A stretch of 64,000 bases of DNA. Source: Barthelona sp. PCE. Lineage: Eukaryota. The stretch spans positions 1,364,001-1,428,000 of the forward strand of contig JAUFOR010000003.1 in NCBI GenBank assembly GCA_040285745.1, in the 5' to 3' direction. Made by a program: the position numbers and the translations under genes. The stretch's first letter is position 1; every line of letters begins with the position of its first letter. The notes under the pieces were generated by a model. The model was not told the DNA's origin. It did no database searches and saw only the letters and a program-made list of their open reading frames with translations. Positions 20,701-29,710 of the stretch are shown piece after piece.

Positions 20701-23339
20701 GAATATTCTTCTAAATGGTGTTTATCATCACTTCCTGAACTAATAATTTTTTGAAGGGTAATTGTAACTGCAAAAGAATTCAAATTATGAATCAAAATCG
20801 TTGTATCAAGTGAAAAATCACAACCATAAACAATATAACTTGTATTAAATCTCGAAATTACATCAGGTGTGTAACACAGTGAATGAGGTCTTTTATAGAA
20901 TGTACGAATTTCAATATTAACATCTTTGTCATCTTCGAATGTTCTACGAATGTTGTTTGTCCACACAAGTGTTGGATCAAGAGAAAAATCAAGCAAAAAG
21001 TATCGACTTCGGAAGTCATCCATATGCTGCTCGTTGTCATCAACGTATAATGTCACTAACTTAAGCGCATTCGGCTCGAGGGCAATGGTTGGGTACTGAA
21101 CGCTTCCATGTGTTAATGTAGAATTTAATGATTGGTGATGTTGATACAACTTTTTTAATTCGAAAGTTAATTTAAAATCTACTTGATGGGCAGCTGTTAC
21201 ATCGGCTGTGTCATAATAAACTGTGAGAATAGGCGATTTTAAATCACATTTGAGTGATGTGAGAGTGCATGTCTTTCGATCTGACTCAGCAAAACATGTA
21301 TCAATATTTGGGAGCGACATAGCAAGTGTTCCTGAGGTGAGGGTATTTGATGATATAGTAATCTTTACCCAAAGATCTTCAAAATGAACCGTTTCATTAA
21401 TATGCAACTCAAAGTGTTTGACAAAATTATTCTCAGTGTTTAGCATACCTCTTAACGGTTGATCTTCATCAACATTAATCACATCACGGTTGTTCTTCAA
21501 AAAAATTGCCTTAAAACTAATGATAGATGGTTTACGGATTCGTACAAACATGTAAGCATCAGTAGCATATTGCAATAATGAAGATTGATTTGTAAGCGGA
21601 GATTGTTTCAAATCGTCAAATTTCACTTTTAGTGCATCTGAACTAGATTCAATATAACTTGAAAACTCTTTTATACCTTGCCTGAAACACAAATTTTGAT
21701 GACCAAGAACGTTACCAAAATTAAGTACTATATCATTATCAGGGATAGCTTCATCCCGATTGTGCTGAATATAAAGAACTGAACTGGAATTGATAACAGC
21801 CGTAGGGATTTTAAAAATAACAAAATCATCAACTTGAAAACTGGAAACATAAGCGCTTATCTCCATATCTGTTGTTAAAATAGGTCTTCTCCTTCGGACA
21901 ACAAGACTTATACCCATTTCTGTATTGTATATAAGATCCTTATTTTCAACTTTTAGATGTACATGTAAGTATTGCTGCATACATTTTGGATTAACAATGA
22001 AAGAATCACGAAAAAAAGTTTTAATGGATGACTCAATCCCCATATCCATGTCTTGATTACTACTTGTCCATACTTTAATGGAAAAAATACTTCGACTAAG
22101 TTGTTTCTCACCCTCAAAATATAATGAAATATCATACATAGCTTCATTGAGTTCCTGAAGATCTTGAGGATTAAATTCCATACCAAAATCAAGTGTTATC
22201 ATTGCCTTTTGCAACGGAAATAATACCATACCACTGTATACCGTTTCACTATCAACAGGTATTTTAATAATAGGTGGGCGATGAATTGATCTGACTGCCT
22301 CAAACGTTGGTAAATCATCATTGAAGATGACCAGAATGTACCTTTCAGTAAACTCATAACGACACACCTTTTCTGGCTGACATATTCGCGGAATTGAGAA
22401 ATCTTTGTTAATTACAATTTTTGAACTGCTGCCATACAAAATTAATTTCTCAGAACCGTCAAATATTACTTTCAAAATTGCAGAATTGACCTGATAATCA
22501 AGCACCTTTCTTAAATCTAATAAACAAGCTCCATACTTCCAATTGACTGGGGTAAAAACTTCTTTAGGCTCAAGAACATGTGTCATTTTTGATATTGGAT
22601 GTATAGTTACGTTCAACGAGTATTCAACTGCAGGGGAAATAAGCACTTTGAAGAACGTACTTTTTGAAGGACTGCGTTTAATAATTGGAAAAATATTCTC
22701 TTCACAATTTCTCATTGTTTCACCACGTTCAACGTCAGGAAATACACCGTATGTAAAATAAATTGTACATTTTGTGGTGTAAAAGGGTGATTTAAAAAAA
22801 TCTAAATGAACAACTCCAAAATATTCATCACTATCAAGACTAGGCATTGGTAATTCAAAATATATAGGTTCTAATGATTGCTCAAATGGTATGACAATAT
22901 CCTCTCCCAAAGATAACTGATGTACTTCATGATGAACATAAGTTATTAATGTAAAATTTGCTGAACAAGCTAAATGGGTTAGTATTCTATTCTGTGCAAT
23001 GATGAAGAAATGATCAAAGTTTGGCTCGAGTGGAAGTTCGAGAATCTTGTTGGACTCTAATGCAGTATATTCACGTATAATGGTGTCTGATCGGAAACTA
23101 TCACCCTTGATTAATGGTTTTGAGTAATCCGTCGTTAAAAAGATGTCTAGAGGACAGGTTGTCGTATCTAGATGCAATACGCCAGTTACTAGCTCATGAT
23201 CTTCAACAGGTGGAAGTTTCACAACAATATCTGCAAATCTTGTTCCAAAATTGAGTTCCAGGGATTCACCGAACTCAATTTCCCGAATTGAAAGCCCTAC
23301 AACGCAACAAAAAAAGAATAGTGCAAAGAAAAGGTTCAT
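14793..23339 (-). CDS. Giant type-I membrane/surface protein, 2848 aa
   Basis: N-terminal signal peptide, beta-strand-rich ectodomain, single C-terminal TM helix and short tail. Confidence 0.8.
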   Translation of the reverse strand: MNLFFALFFFCCVVGLSIREIEFGESLELNFGTRFADIVVKLPPVEDHELVTGVLHLDTTTCPLDIFLTTDYSKPLIKGDSFRSDTIIREYTALESNKILELPLEPNFDHFFIIAQNRILTHLACSANFTLITYVHHEVHQLSLGEDIVIPFEQSLEPIYFELPMPSLDSDEYFGVVHLDFFKSPFYTTKCTIYFTYGVFPDVERGETMRNCEENIFPIIKRSPSKSTFFKVLISPAVEYSLNVTIHPISKMTHVLEPKEVFTPVNWKYGACLLDLRKVLDYQVNSAILKVIFDGSEKLILYGSSSKIVINKDFSIPRICQPEKVCRYEFTERYILVIFNDDLPTFEAVRSIHRPPIIKIPVDSETVYSGMVLFPLQKAMITLDFGMEFNPQDLQELNEAMYDISLYFEGEKQLSRSIFSIKVWTSSNQDMDMGIESSIKTFFRDSFIVNPKCMQQYLHVHLKVENKDLIYNTEMGISLVVRRRRPILTTDMEISAYVSSFQVDDFVIFKIPTAVINSSSVLYIQHNRDEAIPDNDIVLNFGNVLGHQNLCFRQGIKEFSSYIESSSDALKVKFDDLKQSPLTNQSSLLQYATDAYMFVRIRKPSIISFKAIFLKNNRDVINVDEDQPLRGMLNTENNFVKHFELHINETVHFEDLWVKITISSNTLTSGTLAMSLPNIDTCFAESDRKTCTLTSLKCDLKSPILTVYYDTADVTAAHQVDFKLTFELKKLYQHHQSLNSTLTHGSVQYPTIALEPNALKLVTLYVDDNEQHMDDFRSRYFLLDFSLDPTLVWTNNIRRTFEDDKDVNIEIRTFYKRPHSLCYTPDVISRFNTSYIVYGCDFSLDTTILIHNLNSFAVTITLQKIISSGSDDKHHLEEYSIVSGMVFENTYRHYYGKVSSKSPNVRVTLEVLTTSSELYPVLFLSDVPLAGDLSCHHASSSLSFPLNDTFFEQDYTSSSGFVYITVFLQRSPDLFKRSAMFKLSYQTLVERSVELGKEYHCRSCDVKKHVFKASLSETDNSLLFFKLKVAGQFNVAVKFDLNIDWKIFNEVDEYLSFFIYHNQLVGKEYLYIEYETVKIGTAYTFYMDLLIENPIVDQNIIVDTFNEWTEALTVISLATVENHVSVFMINISDIDSTSDILRFRFERNETVYEEDIVVKFSYSSFDPLGFDDGVTDSSTMWDIVAQKVIHFDVGSHLSEILIDINDNAVYRVLGNTTIYGAIRYKRKVHSTFNVSVLVHRKEFNVLRLYESVEYYVAGNEPQYFKFYDEEFHFMEFTYFEIETEPKIEYEERDSSLGFGGTEKIDIKCLINPSRPVYITLIPKFDVDSKIKFTIVARKKPPLNAGEETYLTEESNVFVSSLDMETSLIINLEWNTDDIDDDICHLVYEPKSWPCENRQDVDFRIIDIYATHKSEMAFYIYNIDSDTSEGVLLQLVDCEDLEITINARNIEPIVFKDPSLVSGPLEIGPHTLGRQFMVRRNFTDPLIVSIHVSSENTIPYYIRVAPCSVNSSLFTVIERSPEKIQNMLRLPEELSIFDEINPVTTPVYVNDLDRNEPIRTSTASSVYGGQCFIVNVVSEFNTTINVDLQEVEHMITLNSLDDIPNNIDIPAEDMEVVLQVTSNITSVDFSEPQWFYLNTSSRFYFKAIPFCAKSLEPLCKEEMLFFGGLKEYFLDHTDRLFSGHKLWVFSFQDIENRQLKLNKTKAVSVESSVYMQFKRDSLYRLITPAHYLTSKDVMHITLKLRHVPRDYETPNLVLLLANPTLSHSDIDVPMIKRVESKSPSYTGYMYEDLYLYVKSDVGVTFFATLQLYTSYSSFQICTLESPLHCNVENTLLDYSNSVDRPSEHCLFYMQIPYFEYSRVTYTIRKIHPIEDSAISKSLVNVKFSANDKFAFFNDDLVLKNTSFSIASTPRVLQEYGNTLRGHIEQINLHFMVYGIHMNKPEYLSITHIPTPFSQQIISRSDRTLSNVKMHIRFPSYGLVEYLFKDKFRVILIRVDIPIGFCSDISIVYVLNSGERQNFDACVRKYGTKLDTLHKFVLGINDRDSLRVYIEPKSTQVEPIDVSIQVYHTIILKPLQGPVLGQLKPQFTEYYTHTVEKTHITSYTRITVQSIRGNFNVGFMVLKSNRDIDSFEKFTVPISGKYERSEYCLEEGNAVWVILEDCNANECAFELSVSTIEMSSSVEMITRKPDIFTEKDLLIRRTVSSVFELSGNMSYVRIPIPENVVPDHMLKFCATVGGGRVVAHYSPLVVPYNDENLRSMCEKRSIRKVLGKRSCVYYNMKQGARHLYVTLDNSISRNDVVFYHILVNTSREHLSGLEGSDYGEGTATFHSNFNYKRFKFSLPQNFNPEFDLTFSVSTTCLQLYMYYIDYTQEILEISSKNEILRIKSQEFSKSHNIKAYFIKEHWYNKGTAEFNFDIRVTVGKNGLPCYVRYQYLKNPNDVIEEQLWNSTEGSHMINTMTNSQNYALPVKIIRGEHELIAINIYTDEYPVEVEFDIRQMGTDDVMETRVIDKRNGGDYKVYNVSMNSELHIVIEVDTISINKFLEAQHIDSMIRIVFEYHFVTGENIVHSEQITKPGRILYYKVDVTSLSSFIARGVNSTLFVVSHKNDQQKLKLGSKIGSVSGSFYKALQKSFEVFVFQFGPPINLTFSEQRARMPLATSNYTIDHFYCSSRLDKPFLFLEMGTDIFDFIRKADHRAEMRVKSWLMSNYYANSCLRVDHNPNEKDALRDLACALEFGNAEYINNDDPNSDAAKNVAIPAEVCENAKQSIPMFGTATKISCSIRKFSRDTVWIVPKEVKEVLLNGTFFFLVIFTAFIVALLFLTLATSLKRSYFEKTPYYLRTIA

Positions 23340-23368
23340 AATCCATAAAATGAAAAGTTTTTATTCAT

Positions 23369-24502
23369 TCACCATGTTGATGCTTCTAATTTTTCCTCGA
23401 ATGTACCCGGGTTAACTTTTTGCTTCTTTGCTTTAACAGCGTTATCTGTAACTGTACGCTTCTTCTTTTGAGCTTTTCTATCATTATAAGATGATTGCTT
23501 ACGTTTGCCTTTCAAATCAGTTGGGGGGAGAGGTTTCCTCTGTCCGTTCTCCATAACTTCCTCCACTTTTGGAGAAGCTAGTTTCTTTTTCTTACTTTCA
23601 TATCTTGGTTTTTTTCGATCATATTTCCTATTCTGACTGAACTTATTGTTATTACCATCATATCTCGAGCTTCTTCCGCCTTTACCGTCAGTTCTTTGCT
23701 TCTTTTTATATAGATTTCGCTTATTATGTGGAGATTTTGAACTCAAATCACTAGTTTTTCTCTTTCTTTTCAAATTAGAATCAATTTTCTGATTATTAAA
23801 GATTGAAATGCTCTCGTTCAACTTAGATACGTCTGTGTTGGTAAAAAGATTACCTTTAACATTCAAATTACGTAACCGTACTGGTAAATTGGCCGGAATG
23901 CTATCAAATTTGTTATTACCTATATCAAGCAGCATAAGATTTTCTGGCATATCTGGAAGAGCACATAGACTGTTTCCGTTGAGACGCAATTCTTTCAAAG
24001 ACGGGCTCTTAATCAGACTTGGAATTGAGACCAAGCTGTTGCGACTGAGAGAAACATGGGTTAGTTTTTCCATTATTTCCAAGAAATCAACGTTTTCAAT
24101 CTTGTTATCGCCAATTTTAATGGTTTTTAAGTTGGTAAGTGTGTTCACATCATTAAGAGAAGAAATAACATTGTAAGGTACAATTAAACTCTCTAAGTTC
24201 ACACATTTATCCAAGTTCAACGCCTCCAGTGCATTTTTGGCTGCAATAAGGACTTTCAAGGTGGCTGTAAGACCCAAAATTGCTGTTAACTTGTTGTTGC
24301 TCAAATCAAGATATTCAAGCTTCTCCAATGTTGAAGAGTTGAACGAACAGATCTCGTTGTTCGATAGATTAAGATGACGAACATCATTAATAAGCCTAAG
24401 CCCTTCATCATCCAGCTCATCAATTTGACGTGAGCTTAAATCGATTTTATCACTTGAGCGGGTCTCCTCGTCAAGGAAATTGAATGCTTCTGATAGTTTC
24501 AT
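23369..24502 (-). CDS. Leucine-rich repeat protein with basic C-terminal tail
   Basis: Repeated LxxLxLSxNxI motifs; Lys/Arg-rich tail; likely start ATG 24502. Confidence 0.85.
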   Translation of the reverse strand: MKLSEAFNFLDEETRSSDKIDLSSRQIDELDDEGLRLINDVRHLNLSNNEICSFNSSTLEKLEYLDLSNNKLTAILGLTATLKVLIAAKNALEALNLDKCVNLESLIVPYNVISSLNDVNTLTNLKTIKIGDNKIENVDFLEIMEKLTHVSLSRNSLVSIPSLIKSPSLKELRLNGNSLCALPDMPENLMLLDIGNNKFDSIPANLPVRLRNLNVKGNLFTNTDVSKLNESISIFNNQKIDSNLKRKRKTSDLSSKSPHNKRNLYKKKQRTDGKGGRSSRYDGNNNKFSQNRKYDRKKPRYESKKKKLASPKVEEVMENGQRKPLPPTDLKGKRKQSSYNDRKAQKKKRTVTDNAVKAKKQKVNPGTFEEKLEASTW

Positions 24503-24675
24503 TGATTCTTTCAAAAAGTTCGTCTGTAAAGGGTAAAAATTGTCAGAACAATAGTCTTCTCACTATAATTCAGCATTGTGTGGATTGAACTTATATGTGA
24601 CACACTGTAGAGCGGTTGAAATGATAACAACATGTGCTTGTGATGGTTTATCTTTTCTCACCTTTACGGCACAAT

Positions 24676-26523
24676 ATGAACGCTCCGTTCCAACGCAAAA
24701 GGCAATTTGATGATCTCCAACAGACATATGCCCAAGGGACTGTCGAAAATCGTGTAGAATATCTCAAGCAACAGTTAAGATTGGCTACAGACCAGGATTA
24801 TATTGTTGAGGACATAAAAACAATGCTCCCTGACTTGATGGAGCACGTATTTGTTACACATGGTCGACAATCAACAGTTAAGGGATGTTGGTTAACTGAA
24901 ATTACAAATAATACAGTTTCAAACAAAGTCATAGACTTATTTTCACCTGCCGGGGAGTTCTTCACATGTTTCACGCACTACAGGAATGAGTCAAGGTTCT
25001 GTGAAGTACTGGATCTGAACCTGTTCAGCAATGCTACTCAGCAAGTTATTTCCACTCAGCTTTCACAAAACAGAAACAGTAGATCCATCCCGCACACGGT
25101 CTTCCCATGTGGCCTTCATAGTCTGATACAAAAGAGATTGAAGCATGACGGATTAGAATGCGATTTTATGGAATATTTTATTGTTTTATTATTTTCTGCA
25201 GTTGTAGATTGCAATATTAAGTTAAATAGTATTGGATATAACACTTTTCTTGGAATTTTAAAACGTTATTTAAAATTCTCTCTTGCACAAACTTCTTCAG
25301 CCACTGCACGTTGGATTTTTGATATGTTTATTGAGTTTTGTTTCAGAGTGAACCATCGTACACAGGTACATAAACTTATTTCAGCTGAACTTTTTCAGTA
25401 TGTTATCTTATTAATAATGTCCAGTGATGCTATGCTCAATTCTATATCACGTATGTTGGATGCTCATGTCAGTGGTTCAGCTATGCTTCATGAGAGTGAA
25501 GACATCCTAAGCTCTGTGATACCGTACGAGTTGGTGCACATGCAACACGCTGCACTATCATACATTGATAAATTTGTTCCCACCTCAGCACAGACTGATG
25601 CTGACGCCAATATTTCAAGACTAATTATGAAAGCATGGCAGATGCTTGTGTTTCCTTGGAATGTTAAAAAGTGTAACGTTAGTGATATGTTTAAAGATTC
25701 TCATATTAAAAATGTTTGGTTGAGTTGTCACATATGTTTCATTAGTGGTTTAATTCGCCGTTTACTGTTTGAAATCACTCATGTTAATTTATTATCTAAC
25801 GATGTGTTAAGTACTCTGTATATGGTTTTTACAATGGTCACAGAGACTGACGACACACGTACGTTAGTGAAAAACCTAGACTTATATTTGGGCAGAAACA
25901 GCTACGACGAATCCGTGGTTGATATGTACTTAAGCCTGGCAGATGTTCACCTTAAACTTGTAGCACAAGATTTCCTGCATCCTACACGAACATGCGATTC
26001 ATATGCTTCAGTATTTGCACCTCATGAGGTCGAGAGTATGGTTGAAAAGATCGCCACACCATTTACCCAAGCGTTTCATATTTTACGTAAGTCAATGCTG
26101 GATCCTGTACGAAAAATTAATGCTAAAAAGAAGTTAAACTATTTGCAACGTATCACACGTTCTATTGGAACTCTTATGAACTGTGACTTACAATCACTGA
26201 CAGAAAACAGCAGTTACGAGGCTGAATTTCAAGATATAGAAGTGTATAATTACAAGCAAGGAGACTTCACTCATGATGTAGTCATGGACATTTTGGAAGG
26301 AAAGGCTCTATGTGAGACCTTGGATCTACCATATATAGGTGATTCACTTGACAGACCCATTCGTAATGATGAAGTAACTCTTTTGGTCAAACTTATGGTT
26401 CCACTCTCAAGATTTGTGCGTGCAAAGACGAATACTGCTGTCTCATTCAGATGGATGGCAAGAAAAGTATTTGTCTATCTTGTGTGTCTGATTGCATTTT
26501 TTATATGGCTGCTACGGAAATAA
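24676..26523 (+). CDS. SMPD4: Sphingomyelin phosphodiesterase 4-like protein
   Basis: C-terminal YIGD..DRPIRNDEV.LLVKL...FRWMA plus tail anchor resembles SMPD4; FMEYF motif; likely start 24676. Confidence 0.65.
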   Translation: MNAPFQRKRQFDDLQQTYAQGTVENRVEYLKQQLRLATDQDYIVEDIKTMLPDLMEHVFVTHGRQSTVKGCWLTEITNNTVSNKVIDLFSPAGEFFTCFTHYRNESRFCEVLDLNLFSNATQQVISTQLSQNRNSRSIPHTVFPCGLHSLIQKRLKHDGLECDFMEYFIVLLFSAVVDCNIKLNSIGYNTFLGILKRYLKFSLAQTSSATARWIFDMFIEFCFRVNHRTQVHKLISAELFQYVILLIMSSDAMLNSISRMLDAHVSGSAMLHESEDILSSVIPYELVHMQHAALSYIDKFVPTSAQTDADANISRLIMKAWQMLVFPWNVKKCNVSDMFKDSHIKNVWLSCHICFISGLIRRLLFEITHVNLLSNDVLSTLYMVFTMVTETDDTRTLVKNLDLYLGRNSYDESVVDMYLSLADVHLKLVAQDFLHPTRTCDSYASVFAPHEVESMVEKIATPFTQAFHILRKSMLDPVRKINAKKKLNYLQRITRSIGTLMNCDLQSLTENSSYEAEFQDIEVYNYKQGDFTHDVVMDILEGKALCETLDLPYIGDSLDRPIRNDEVTLLVKLMVPLSRFVRAKTNTAVSFRWMARKVFVYLVCLIAFFIWLLRK

Positions 26524-26550
26524 GCAAATAAATTTACAAACATTTTCAAT

Positions 26551-27285
26551 TTACAAATCTTCTGGAACAGCAGAGTACACATTCTCTTCTAGTTCAGACT
26601 GAAGCTCAATGCGCCACTTTGCTTGTGTTTTTTCAAGCTTACGCTCTAAATCACCAATTTTTTTGCTAATAGATACGTGTGCACTTTCAATACTCACTAA
26701 ACTTTCTTCAGCAGCATTCAAATGGTTCGATATTTCTCCGAAAAGCTCATCCCTCTTGGCAACTGTTTCGTCAAAATACTTCTGATGTGATGTGAACAAT
26801 TCATTAAATGAGTCACCGGAACGATCTGGTGTGACTGTGCGATTTAAGACAGTTTTCATTGCCTGTGATAATCTGGTGTGCTTCTCTTTCAACCTAATGC
26901 GTGATGCAGCGGTAGAAAACGACATACTTTCTCTTAACTTTGAAGCACGAAGAGTACTAGATAAAATAGGTGTAGCTAGACGCTTTGAGAGTTTTGAAGG
27001 ACTGTCTGTCTGCATTTCGAATGTGGCATTGGCTGGTTGGATCTCAGCAAACTCCTCTTCTTCACTTATTGGATGAGGTTCGTTTTCTTCAAAGATGGAA
27101 ATAAAAGTACCTGGTACAAAGCCATAGATGTTGGAATCCGAGTATCTGCTCACAAGGATCCAATCTTCTGGGTCCTCTGGGATCTCCTTAAGCGTAAACA
27201 AATCTCCTTTTGAAAATGAGAGTTCTTGCTCTGTTTCTGCTTCGAAATTGTTGTCTGCGATGTATACCTGCCCAATGCGCATCAT
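26551..27285 (-). CDS. SH3 domain plus coiled-coil protein
   Basis: YIADNNFEAETEQELSFSKGD...DW...GFVPGTFI is an SH3 domain; likely start 27285 (MMRIG). Confidence 0.85.
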   Translation of the reverse strand: MMRIGQVYIADNNFEAETEQELSFSKGDLFTLKEIPEDPEDWILVSRYSDSNIYGFVPGTFISIFEENEPHPISEEEEFAEIQPANATFEMQTDSPSKLSKRLATPILSSTLRASKLRESMSFSTAASRIRLKEKHTRLSQAMKTVLNRTVTPDRSGDSFNELFTSHQKYFDETVAKRDELFGEISNHLNAAEESLVSIESAHVSISKKIGDLERKLEKTQAKWRIELQSELEENVYSAVPEDL

Positions 27286-27472
27286 TAAAAATGAATGAAA
27301 AGGGTTCAAATCAAAGAATTCATATTCATTCATAATTCGTTCATTTACTTCCAAATTCAAAGCTATTAGAGGTTCCACTGAGGAAACAAAGACCCAATCA
27401 CAACACGAGTGTGTTATGCTATTGAAATTCCAAATTTTCCTGCTCGAATCGACTATTTCAACTAAAATAACA

Positions 27473-29581
27473 TCAAACAACGTTTACTCCAGTAACCCTC
27501 CCCTCTTGTGTGCGTAGCCACTTAGCTATCTCCTCATACGTTGTGAATTCCATCATTGGGATTATAGTCATACCATTTTTCTTTTCCGAAAAAAAAGCAG
27601 CCAGCTCCTCCTCAGCTTCATTGAATCTGTCTGATGGGTGTGTTGACCTTTTGAAGCGAGAAACAGCGATTCTTAATCTCCAGTTAGTCATAGACCACAG
27701 ATACAACAGTACAAGCATTCGAAGAGGAAATAATCGTGAAGAAAACGCACATTTAGCCTGAACAAAGTTCATCATTGATGTGTTGCTTGATACAGCGGTA
27801 CAAACAACATCTCCCAACTCCAGAGCGCTGTGTCCAACAAATACACCACCTTTGATGCGGCCAGAACTTCCGTTGTAGAAAATCTTCGACATTCCCTCAC
27901 GAATATCGAAAGTGACATGACACGGGAGCTCCTCGTGTGCGATCATTATCGTCTCGTAAGGCAGAGATCTGGTTACAATCTCCGTCAATCTAACTCCACA
28001 TTCAACGACGTTGGGTATTGTGAAAGTGATCAAAGGAAAATCCAGGGCCTTAAACTTTGCTATTGGAGATATGTTCTCATGTAAGAGTTTGGAAACAATA
28101 AAGGAACTTGCAGCCTCAGAAATGGGATATGAATCAGGCCATCCCACACATCCTCCAAAGGCAAATATACGTTTGTTGTGTGTACGCAACGCATTATCAA
28201 CATGTACACCGCTTGCGTCGAATTGTACACCTGCGTTGTGGAGATCAAGTGTGCCAATATTGGGTTCGCTATATGTTGCCAAATATATTTCTTCGCATTT
28301 GATAGGATCCTCACCCCGAAGTTGAACGTTCAGATCGCCAGCACCTGCATTTGTCACGCTCAGAACGCTCACACCCAGGAGCACCTCCACGAAAGACTGT
28401 TGAAGAGAACGATAGATAAACCCCGCCGCTTGTGAATCAATGAAGGGTAAAAACTCTGTTTCAAAACATAGAAGAATGACACGAACCCCGAGAATAGCGA
28501 GACACTGGGCCAATGCAACAGAGTACCGTGTGCTTCCAACAATGACTAAACTGGTGGGGAGTATATCAAGCTCAAAAAATGTCCTGCGTGTGAGATACTT
28601 GATTTTACCGTCCTCTAAACCACTGATCTGCGGATATATGTTCGTGCATCCTGAGGAGATGAGACAGCGATGGAAACGGACGTGGAACAGTTTGTTACTC
28701 TGATCCGTCAACTGTAACAGAACGCGCTGCTTGTCCACGAAGGAGACGTTCGCAAACACAACATCCACGCCAGAGAGCCACAATGACTCGTATGAGACTG
28801 CCTTGGAGATATCTGAACGAGCATTGAACAGGTACTCTTTGAGTAAGCTAAAATCAGGTGATAGCATATGGTCCATAACGCCCTCGAAGCCAGGAATATT
28901 CTTCTTTAAATCACGAACCTTGGCACAATAATTTGAAAGAGCCTGTATCATAAAAAACCCATCTGCAACGCCTGACCCTCCCAATCTATTCTTCTCAATG
29001 AGCAGCACTGTCATTCCGTTAAGAGCGCAGCGGCGCGCGAATGAAACAGCAGCCATTGATGCTCCTATTACAACCATATTGTATTTTTCACAACGGGGAT
29101 AAAATGAACATTGAAGTTGATTTTCAATGATTGGATGTGTAAGCGCCTCATACGATGAATTATTGACCTGTTGCGCCACCTCAGATTCTGCTGAATCAAT
29201 AACAGTGGGAGAAAACCCAACAAAAGTACCGGCTTTGGGTGAAGGAGAAACAAATTCATATGTTCTTGGGTTTTGGTTTTGCATAATGGACTGCTGCAGC
29301 TCGTCATCGGTGCAACTCTCATTAAAAAAGCCCTCTGTCTCTTCCTCCTGTAACGGGGAGAAAAGGGAAAAACTATGCGTTGGTTCAAGTTCAAGCTGGC
29401 CCAGTCCCACATCAAGATCAGTGTGAAGCGATCTTTGAGACTTTGACATCGAATTTATCTCTGACCCCGGTGCTAATGTTGAGAAAACACTAGATCCTTC
29501 ACTATCTGCTTCAATAACAAAATTTGAAGTAGCCCCAGTTGAATCAAGCAGTATATCCAACAACTCTGAATTGGAGGTCAT
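27473..29581 (-). CDS. Pyridine nucleotide-disulfide oxidoreductase family (lipoamide dehydrogenase/MerA-like), catalytically degenerate
   Basis: YNMVVIGA, LLIEKNRLGG, LRTHNKRIFAFGGCVG, P.ITFT.P and dimerisation domain (GRIKGGVFVG); redox CxxxxC absent. Confidence 0.8.
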   Translation of the reverse strand: MTSNSELLDILLDSTGATSNFVIEADSEGSSVFSTLAPGSEINSMSKSQRSLHTDLDVGLGQLELEPTHSFSLFSPLQEEETEGFFNESCTDDELQQSIMQNQNPRTYEFVSPSPKAGTFVGFSPTVIDSAESEVAQQVNNSSYEALTHPIIENQLQCSFYPRCEKYNMVVIGASMAAVSFARRCALNGMTVLLIEKNRLGGSGVADGFFMIQALSNYCAKVRDLKKNIPGFEGVMDHMLSPDFSLLKEYLFNARSDISKAVSYESLWLSGVDVVFANVSFVDKQRVLLQLTDQSNKLFHVRFHRCLISSGCTNIYPQISGLEDGKIKYLTRRTFFELDILPTSLVIVGSTRYSVALAQCLAILGVRVILLCFETEFLPFIDSQAAGFIYRSLQQSFVEVLLGVSVLSVTNAGAGDLNVQLRGEDPIKCEEIYLATYSEPNIGTLDLHNAGVQFDASGVHVDNALRTHNKRIFAFGGCVGWPDSYPISEAASSFIVSKLLHENISPIAKFKALDFPLITFTIPNVVECGVRLTEIVTRSLPYETIMIAHEELPCHVTFDIREGMSKIFYNGSSGRIKGGVFVGHSALELGDVVCTAVSSNTSMMNFVQAKCAFSSRLFPLRMLVLLYLWSMTNWRLRIAVSRFKRSTHPSDRFNEAEEELAAFFSEKKNGMTIIPMMEFTTYEEIAKWLRTQEGRVTGVNVV

Positions 29582-29710
29582 GGAAAAAATGTTAAAAAGC
29601 AAGAAAAAACGGTTTACAAAAACTGTAAGATAGTATTAACATATTAAGTGATGTATTACGGATTAAAATCATCTACCAGTCCATTTTATCATTTTAAAAA
29701 CGCTGAAACA

